Translations under genes and position numbers: made by a program | In this document: in pieces, positions 58,225-64,000 of the stretch | Layout: every line of letters starts with the position of its first letter | Numbering within the stretch: the stretch's first letter is position 1 | Assembly: GCA_964461265.1 (NCBI GenBank) | Contig: CAYWTS010000002.1 | Coordinates: forward strand, 141,030 to 205,029 | Length of the DNA: 64,000 nucleotides | Direction of reading: 5' to 3' | Origin: an uncultured Ignavibacteriales bacterium | GTDB taxonomy: Bacteria > Bacteroidota > Ignavibacteria > Tepidaquicellales > OLB5 | The notes under the pieces: generated by a model | Told to the model about the DNA's origin: nothing | What the model saw: only the letters and a program-made list of their open reading frames with translations | The model's database searches: none

Positions 58225-58260
58225 CCCGTTTCAGCCCCGATGGTAACAGGGGCTGACGGG
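58225..58260. other. GC-rich hairpin between pstS and pstC
   Basis: CCCGTTTCAGCCCC / GGGGCTGACGGG (bulged stem) in the 66-nt pstS-pstC spacer. Confidence 0.7.
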
Positions 58261-58273
58261 TAATTATTGAACT

Positions 58274-59128
58274 TTATTTAATACCTACATAGCCGGTTTC
58301 CTCGACTATTTTTTGTCCTTCATCCGACATACAAAAATCAAGGAAACTTTTCAACTCATCCTTCGGTTCACCGTTAAAATAAAGATATAACGGTCGTGCA
58401 ATTGAATATGATTTATCAAGCACTGTTTTATTTGAAGGTGTAACGGCTGGTGAATTATCATCTTTTTTAACATTAAGTATTTTAACCTTTGCATCTTTTG
58501 TATAGCCCAATCCGCTGTAACCTATTGCCCACTGGTCTTCACTGACGCCCTGGATTATCGATGATGTTGCAGGCATTAACCGAACTGTTTTTGCATAGTC
58601 CTGCTGGTTTAAAACGTGCTCCTGGAAAAACACGTAAGTTCCCGAACTGTTTTCTCTTGAATATGCAACAATAGGTTTATCGGGTCCGCCGAGTTCTTTC
58701 CAGTTAGTATAGACACCTGTGAAGATCTTTTTAATTTGTTCCTGTGTCAACTCGTTAATAGCGTTTACAGGATTAACAATAACTGCAAGCCCGTCGTTAG
58801 CTATTGTGAATTCCTTTGGATCAACATTTTTTTTCTGTGCGTCGTTTTTTTCCTTATCCTTCATATCGCGTGATGATGCGCAAATATCGGTAGTGCCGTT
58901 TATTAAAGCAGCGATACCAGTTCCCGAACCTCCGCCTGTAACAGAAACCTGGCTTCCGGGATTTTTCTTCATATAAGCTTCTGCAAGTGTGCTCATCAGA
59001 TGAACCATAGTATCGGACCCTTTTATTGTAATACCCTTTTTAACATCACTTTTTTTTCCGCATCCCATAATCGAAATCGATAAAATAACAGCGACAAGAA
59101 TTGATGACTTAAATAAAATATTTTTCAT
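58274..59128 (-). CDS. pstS: phosphate ABC transporter substrate-binding lipoprotein
   Basis: 284 aa. Lipobox IMGC; SGTGIAAL and YSRENSSGT motifs of the PBP-like_2 family. Confidence 0.93.
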   Translation of the reverse strand: MKNILFKSSILVAVILSISIMGCGKKSDVKKGITIKGSDTMVHLMSTLAEAYMKKNPGSQVSVTGGGSGTGIAALINGTTDICASSRDMKDKEKNDAQKKNVDPKEFTIANDGLAVIVNPVNAINELTQEQIKKIFTGVYTNWKELGGPDKPIVAYSRENSSGTYVFFQEHVLNQQDYAKTVRLMPATSSIIQGVSEDQWAIGYSGLGYTKDAKVKILNVKKDDNSPAVTPSNKTVLDKSYSIARPLYLYFNGEPKDELKSFLDFCMSDEGQKIVEETGYVGIK

Positions 59129-59187
59129 TTTTTTTTAGTTTAAAGTTATAAATAATTATGAACTACCATATAAAAATATATTAATTT

Positions 59188-59227
59188 ATTAAGGTAAAAG
59201 TTAAGTTTTGGTTAAGATTGTGTTAGG
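59188..59227 (-). promoter_or_regulatory. Pho-box-like direct repeats upstream of pstS
   Basis: Gene-strand reading CTAACACAATC TTAACCAAAAC TTAACTTTTAC CTTAAT. Four hexamers phased at 11 nt, 60-100 nt upstream of the pstS ATG. Confidence 0.55.
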
Positions 59228-59257
59228 AAAATTAAAAATTATGCGGTTAAATTAGCT

Positions 59258-61027
59258 TTATTTTAACGGTATTTTAATAGTAAATTTAGAGCCTTTACCA
59301 ACTTCAGACTCTACTTCAATACTGCCGTTATGTGCCTGGACTATATGCTTTGCGATTGCAAGTCCTAAACCGGTCCCGCCTTCATCCCTGCTGCGTGATT
59401 TGTCTATCCTGTAAAATCTTTCGAACAGCCTGTCGAAATGCTCTTTTGCGATGCCGGGTCCCTCGTCTTCAACCATTATCAGAAAGAACCCCCCTTCAGT
59501 ATTTGAAGTAATCGTGATATTAGTTTTATGTTCACTGTATTTAATTGCGTTATCTACCAGGTTGCCCACAGCTTGTTCAAGCAAATGCCGGTTCACCCGC
59601 GATTTTAATTTTTTACTGCAATGTTTACTTATGGTAATACCTTTTTCAGCTGCTAGAACCTCAAAATCCTCTACAACCGATTGGATAATTGTTCCAATAT
59701 CCTCTTCATAAAACTTAATTGTGTTAGCATCTGTTGCCTGTTCAATTCTTGATAATGTAAGAAGGTCATCAATCAGCAAATTAAGTCTTTCAACATTCTT
59801 GTAAATAATATTAAGGAATTTTTCGGTATTTTTAGAACCCGACAAATCACTTTCCTTAAGTGTTTCGACAAAACCTTTTATAGTTGTTACCGGTGTTTTT
59901 AGTTCGTGTGATACGTTTGCAATCAGGTCTTTTTTCAGTGTATCGAGGTATCTTAAATTCGATATATCATTAATTACTACCAGCACCCCGATAGCTTTCG
60001 AATCAGGGTCATTCAATAAAGTTCCCGTAAGCTGAAGTGCTTTATCCTTTTCATGCTGAATCAGAATATCCGACTGCATTTGTTTGCCTTCGGTAATAAT
60101 TTTATTGAAGAATTTTTGTATTTCTGAAATTCTTATAACTTCCTGTAGCACTTTACCTTTTACATTATTCGCCCTGATACCAAGCATTTGCTCTGCTTCA
60201 TTATTTATTAAAAGTATTTTTTCATCATAATCTACAGCAAGTACTCCTTCTTTCATGCTTTCGAGTACTGCCTGCTGGATGTTTTTCTGCTCGTCGATAA
60301 TATTCATTTTCTCATCAAGCTGTTGAGCCATACTGTTTATGGATTCGGCAAGTGTGTGAAATTCCTTTATATCGGGCGGGTAAATCTTTTTTCCGAACTC
60401 TCCTTTCGAAAATCTACCGGCTGCGTTACAAATCTCTTCAAGAGGCTTAACATGTTTCCCCGATAAATAATAGAGTAGAAATGCAGAAACAAAGAATAAG
60501 AATAATCCAAGCAGAATAACATATTTATATGAATTGGAAAATTCATCCTCCAGTGAAGTAACATCAAGAGCAGTTCTTAATACCAAAATTACTTTGCCTT
60601 CTTGTCCGAATACCGGTACAGCAAAGTACATCAGCTCTTTATGCTGTGTAAAACTATATCTGATGGAACTTGCGGGAATGCCATTTAATGCTTCAATTAT
60701 TTCGGGCCTGTCACCGTGTTTATCGAGTTCCTCCAAACGTGCACGCGAATCTGCAATAACTTTACCGTTCGTATTAATTAATGTTATTCTGGTATCGGTT
60801 GTCCTATCCAAATCATTGATTGTTCTTCTGAATGCAGCAGTATCAAGAGGTTCGAATGTAAAATTATCCTTAATAAGCTGCGTTCTTTTAATAAGGTCAC
60901 CCGAAGCCCGGCCATAATAATACTTCTTAAAAACAGATATCAGAACAATACTGATAATTAAAATAACTGCAGCTGTAATAAAAACCTGGGGAAGGAATAA
61001 TCTGGTAATGAAGCGGCTTCGAGCCAA
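59258..61027 (-). CDS. phoR: phosphate regulon sensor histidine kinase
   Basis: 589 aa with TM-loop-TM, HAMP and PAS. H-box VSHELKTPVTTI; GGTGLGLAIAKH. Directly follows phoB. Confidence 0.88.
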   Translation of the reverse strand: MARSRFITRLFLPQVFITAAVILIISIVLISVFKKYYYGRASGDLIKRTQLIKDNFTFEPLDTAAFRRTINDLDRTTDTRITLINTNGKVIADSRARLEELDKHGDRPEIIEALNGIPASSIRYSFTQHKELMYFAVPVFGQEGKVILVLRTALDVTSLEDEFSNSYKYVILLGLFLFFVSAFLLYYLSGKHVKPLEEICNAAGRFSKGEFGKKIYPPDIKEFHTLAESINSMAQQLDEKMNIIDEQKNIQQAVLESMKEGVLAVDYDEKILLINNEAEQMLGIRANNVKGKVLQEVIRISEIQKFFNKIITEGKQMQSDILIQHEKDKALQLTGTLLNDPDSKAIGVLVVINDISNLRYLDTLKKDLIANVSHELKTPVTTIKGFVETLKESDLSGSKNTEKFLNIIYKNVERLNLLIDDLLTLSRIEQATDANTIKFYEEDIGTIIQSVVEDFEVLAAEKGITISKHCSKKLKSRVNRHLLEQAVGNLVDNAIKYSEHKTNITITSNTEGGFFLIMVEDEGPGIAKEHFDRLFERFYRIDKSRSRDEGGTGLGLAIAKHIVQAHNGSIEVESEVGKGSKFTIKIPLK

Positions 61028-61717
61028 TTAAAAAATCTCCTTAAACTTGTATCCAACTCCCCTTATTGTTTGTATGTAGTCTGAGTATTCGCCTAATTTT
61101 TTGCGGAGTGAGACGATGTGAACATCTACCGACCTGTCGGTAACCGATATATCTTCGCCTCGTGTAGCATCCACTATTTGATATCTTGTCATTACCCAGC
61201 CGGGTTTCTTTGCAAGTACAACCAGTATCTTAAATTCAAGGTTAGTAAGCTCTATTTTATTGTTATTAATAGATACTTCATGCCTGCCTGTATGAATTTT
61301 CATATCACCTCTTTCAATTATTACTGCTTCTTCCTCATTTTTTGAGGGTTTGCGTCTTAATGTAGCTTTTACAATGGCAAGAAGTTCCCGCGGACTAAAA
61401 GGTTTAGTCACGTAATGATCAGCACCTATCTCAAGCCCGGCAACTCTATCTGCTTCCTCCGATTTCGCAGTAACCATAATAACAGGAAGGTTTGCTTTGT
61501 TCCTGTCAGCCTTAATTATTTTACATAAATCAAGACCATCGATTCCCGGCAGCATCAGGTCAAGTATTAGAAGGTCAAAATCACTCTCTTTTATCAGCTC
61601 CAATGCTTCTTCACCGCTGATTGCAGTTTTTACATGGTATCCGTTTTTTGTAAGGTTGTAATCGATTAATTCGAGAATATCCTTCTCGTCGTCAACTACT
61701 AAGATTTTTTCTTTCAT
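61028..61717 (-). CDS. phoB: phosphate regulon response regulator (OmpR/PhoB family)
   Basis: 229 aa. Receiver domain (DLLILDLMLPGIDG) plus winged-helix domain (LTNLEFKILVVLAKKPGWVMTRYQI). Confidence 0.9.
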   Translation of the reverse strand: MKEKILVVDDEKDILELIDYNLTKNGYHVKTAISGEEALELIKESDFDLLILDLMLPGIDGLDLCKIIKADRNKANLPVIMVTAKSEEADRVAGLEIGADHYVTKPFSPRELLAIVKATLRRKPSKNEEEAVIIERGDMKIHTGRHEVSINNNKIELTNLEFKILVVLAKKPGWVMTRYQIVDATRGEDISVTDRSVDVHIVSLRKKLGEYSDYIQTIRGVGYKFKEIF

Positions 61718-61741
61718 AGGCTAATTTATATCCAGTTTTTT

Positions 61742-61789
61742 TGTTAAAATTAGCCGATAATTGTTAATTTAATGTTAAGAGTAAGTTAG
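61742..61789 (-). promoter_or_regulatory. Pho-box-like direct repeats in the phoB / metal-transporter divergent region
   Basis: Plus-strand TGTTAA at 61742, 61762 and 61773, and AGTTAG at 61784. The last three are 11 nt apart. Gene-strand reading: CTAACTtactc TTAACAttaaa TTAACA. Confidence 0.55.
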
Positions 61790-61916
61790 TTTTTAAACAA
61801 TTCTAAAATACTTGGATTTATTTAAAATTGAAATAAATATCCATTTTTATCTTGATTATATTAGTCATTTTATTTATTAGACATTAAAAGTATTTTTGTA
61901 CTTTCTTAATCAAGAT

Positions 61917-62627
61917 ATGAATAACGAAATACCGATACTGTTATTAACCGCTGCATCGATAGGTTTTTTTCATACGCTTTTCGGTCCTGACCATTACCTT
62001 CCTTTTATTGTAATGTCAAAAGCCGGGAATTGGTCAAAAATAAAAACGGTGTGGATTACAATACTATGCGGAATCGGGCATGTGTTGAGTTCGGTAGTGC
62101 TTGGAATAATAGGTGTTGCATTCGGAATAGCCGTATCGAAGCTGGAATTTATTGAAGGTTTCAGGGGCGATATAGCTGCGTGGCTTCTGCTTACATTTGG
62201 ATTCGTTTATTTTATCTGGGGAGTTAAAAGGGCTGTTAAAAATAAACCTCATTCTCATAGCCATGTTCACGAAGACGGAACTTATCACAATCACAAACAC
62301 AGCCATGAAATTGAACACGCTCATGTTCATTCGGACAGTAAAAAAACATTGACACCATGGATACTTTTTACAATTTTCGTATTTGGTCCATGTGAACCAT
62401 TAATTCCCCTGCTTATGTATCCTGCTGCTGAAAACAGCATTACAGGATTAATCATAGTAACACTTGTTTTTGGAATTATTACAATAGGAACAATGGTATC
62501 GGTTGTAATGCTTTCGATATGGGGAATAAGCTTTGTGCCATTTAACAAACTTGAAAGATATACTCATGCTTTGGCAGGATTCACAATATTTATTTCGGGA
62601 CTTTCAATCGTATTTCTCGGACTATAG
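61917..62627 (+). CDS. NicO/RcnA-like metal transporter with His-rich loop
   Basis: About 236 aa from ATG 61917. FFHTLFGPDHYLPF (HX5DH, close to the NiCoT HX4DH signature). Cytoplasmic loop KPHSHSHVHEDGTYHNHKHSHEIEHAHVHSD. Six TM helices. Confidence 0.5.
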   Translation: MNNEIPILLLTAASIGFFHTLFGPDHYLPFIVMSKAGNWSKIKTVWITILCGIGHVLSSVVLGIIGVAFGIAVSKLEFIEGFRGDIAAWLLLTFGFVYFIWGVKRAVKNKPHSHSHVHEDGTYHNHKHSHEIEHAHVHSDSKKTLTPWILFTIFVFGPCEPLIPLLMYPAAENSITGLIIVTLVFGIITIGTMVSVVMLSIWGISFVPFNKLERYTHALAGFTIFISGLSIVFLGL

Positions 62628-62636
62628 CTTTACGTA

Positions 62637-63122
62637 ATGGAAGACACAATAATAACCGGAATACAGGCAATACAGGCAATACTTGCTCCCGCACTGGGAA
62701 TTTCTGCAACAGCACTTCTGATGCTCTCCACAACAAACAGGTATTCGAGCATTATCAGCCGTATCCGTCTTCTGAATGAAGAAAGAAGAAGAATTACAGG
62801 AAAGTTAGCTACTAAAACAGAACTTGATTACGGAGAAAAAATCAGGTACTCAAGCGTTATTAAGCAAATTGAGAAAATATTGGAGAGGTGTAAAGGTTTA
62901 AGGAATTCAATTTTATTCTTTCAAACTGCCATACTTTTATTTGTAATGTCATCTATTACTATTGCTATCAATCTGTTTATTTCTACTAACTTTTTAAGAA
63001 CCCTGCCTGTAATAATTTTTTCTGTTGGCATGATTCTGCTTCTTATAGGTGAAATTTACTCAGCAAAAGATATATACCATTCATACAAGGTTGCTGAGAT
63101 TGAAGTTAAAGCAGATGAATAA
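62637..63122 (+). CDS. DUF2721-like membrane protein
   Basis: 161 aa. The N-terminal LLMLSTTNRYSSIISRIRLLNEE pattern and 3 TM helices resemble DUF2721. Assignment from memory of the family only. Confidence 0.4.
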   Translation: MEDTIITGIQAIQAILAPALGISATALLMLSTTNRYSSIISRIRLLNEERRRITGKLATKTELDYGEKIRYSSVIKQIEKILERCKGLRNSILFFQTAILLFVMSSITIAINLFISTNFLRTLPVIIFSVGMILLLIGEIYSAKDIYHSYKVAEIEVKADE

Positions 63123-63156
63123 TAATTTACGTTTTGTATAAAATTTATTCAGGGGT

Positions 63157-63297
63157 GTCTCAAAAGTGTTTTTGTATCCGCAGTCTTTTGGCGAAAGCCA
63201 CCACTTAAGTGGATGTCTGCATTGCAATTTTCTTGCATTATCGCAACTATGAATGTTGCGGTTACAGTTTTTTTGCAAGAAAACTGCCTTTTGAGAC
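63157..63297. ncRNA. candidate multi-hairpin structured element (family and strand unknown)
   Basis: A 10-bp closing helix GTCTCAAAAG/CTTTTGAGAC encloses TGGC-GAAA-GCCA, CCACT-TA-AGTGG, TGCAA/TTGCA, CGCAAC/GTTGCG and CAGTTTT/AAAACTG hairpins. Lies in a convergent intergenic region. Confidence 0.3.
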
Positions 63298-63339
63298 TGC
63301 TGTTAAATAATATACACTGTTTAAATTATTATTAAAATC

Positions 63340-63792
63340 TTACAAATTAGATAATATGTCAGCAACGTGACCATTAACATTAACCTTATCCCATATTTTA
63401 CTTATCTTTCCTTTTTCATCGATAAGAAAGGTAGTTCTTACAATACCCATATATTTTTTGCCGTACATACTTTTTTCTTTCCATACGCCGTAATCTTGTA
63501 ACGTTTTTTTTGATTCATCGCTTAATAAAGTAAAAGGCAGCTTATATTTATCCTTAAATTTTTTATGCGATTCAACACTATCTGCACTGATACCGATTAC
63601 AACTGTATTTTTCTTCTCAATCTTTTTAGTATTATCACGAAAATCGCACGCTTCAGCAGTACAGCCGCTGGTCATATCTTTAGGATAAAAATATAATACT
63701 ACTTTTTTTCCTTTAAAATCTTTCAAAGAAAATGTTTCTCCGCTATCCGATTTTAATTTGAAATCAGGTGCTTTGTCTCCAGGTTTTAACAT
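63340..63792 (-). CDS. bcp: thioredoxin-dependent thiol peroxidase (BCP/PrxQ)
   Basis: 150 aa. Active site YPKDMTSGCTAEAC. Confidence 0.92.
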   Translation of the reverse strand: MLKPGDKAPDFKLKSDSGETFSLKDFKGKKVVLYFYPKDMTSGCTAEACDFRDNTKKIEKKNTVVIGISADSVESHKKFKDKYKLPFTLLSDESKKTLQDYGVWKEKSMYGKKYMGIVRTTFLIDEKGKISKIWDKVNVNGHVADILSNL

Positions 63793-63809
63793 TATGTTTG
63801 CCTGTAGTT

Positions 63810-64000
63810 TTATTTTAACGATGACACTGCTTGTTTTATACCATCAAAATCCACCTGGTCACCGGGTGATTTTGTTACTTCAACATATTTCACAACACCG
63901 TCTTTATCGATAACGAACACTGCCCTTTGAGAAGTACCCTTCATACCGTGTGCAAACTCAGGCAGGTAAACATCGTACTGCTTTATTACTTCCTTATTAA
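63810..64000 (-). CDS. AhpC/TSA-family peroxiredoxin, C-terminal part only (5' end outside the window)
   Basis: My minus-strand translation: ...NKEVIKQYDVYLPEFAHGMKGTSQRAVFVIDKDGVVKYVEVTKSPGDQVDFDGIKQAVSSLK*. Stop at 63810-63812. Confidence 0.7.
   Translation of the reverse strand, partial: NKEVIKQYDVYLPEFAHGMKGTSQRAVFVIDKDGVVKYVEVTKSPGDQVDFDGIKQAVSSLK

Noticed and set aside
63081-63278. 65-aa minus-strand ORF overlapping the end of the DUF2721-like gene and the structured element.
   Set aside because: It is Cys/Lys/Asn-rich and made of translated hairpin arms. It overlaps a better-supported gene, so an RNA or repeat interpretation is preferred.

Overview
AT-rich bacterial chromosomal window that is mostly core housekeeping DNA with tight, often overlapping gene packing. 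No rRNA genes, CRISPR arrays, transposases, integrases or recognisable defence systems were seen. The gene order miaB / sigma-54 activator / LptE-like, a T9SS C-terminal-domain remnant and TAnnTTTG-like promoter motifs suggest the Bacteroidota-Chlorobiota-Ignavibacteriota group; this lineage call is inference only.

Layout, left to right:
- 1-4470: a sigma-54 response regulator (cut by the window edge), a histidine kinase whose periplasmic domain carries c-type haem motifs, two paralogous GcvH-fold proteins, and a -24/-12 promoter.
- 4738-5972: a degenerate tRNA-Phe copy, tRNA-Phe(GAA), and a decayed AAA_14/DUF4143 ATPase pseudogene.
- 6181-12125: an F-type ATP synthase operon (atpZ-like, atpI-like, atpB, E, F, H, A, G). 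An unknown 93-codon ORF sits between atpA and atpG, and there is no atpD/atpC.
- 12233-24208: a DUF814 protein, a TPR protein, a processive-type GT2, an LptE-like lipoprotein, a sensor-less sigma-54 activator, miaB, dxs, xseB, xseA and two secreted proteins.
- 24838-43119: a complete dcw cluster on the minus strand (mraZ, rsmH, ftsL, ftsI, murE, murF, mraY, [OMP], murD, ftsW, murG, [membrane protein], murC, murB, ftsQ, ftsA, ftsZ) with a direct-repeat MraZ-type operator upstream.
- 43600-52513: LysE-like, CDF, IMPase-family and metallophosphoesterase genes, prs, YtxH/DUF948, an EF-G2-type paralog and a HIT protein.
- 52956-53027: tRNA-Glu(UUC).
- 53130-61717: a contiguous phosphate island (PiT, DUF47, phoU, pstBACS, phoR, phoB) with three clusters of 11-bp-phased TTAACA-like repeats.
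- 61917-64000: a His-rich metal transporter, a DUF2721-like protein and two peroxiredoxins.

Most worth follow-up:
- the sigma-54 / GcvH-like / haem-kinase module;
- the ORF wedged into the atp operon;
- the two non-canonical inserts in the dcw cluster;
- several GC-rich, multi-hairpin intergenic elements (24680-24803, 52511-52659, 63157-63297) that no annotated feature explains.

Nothing here can be claimed as a validated novel system from sequence alone.
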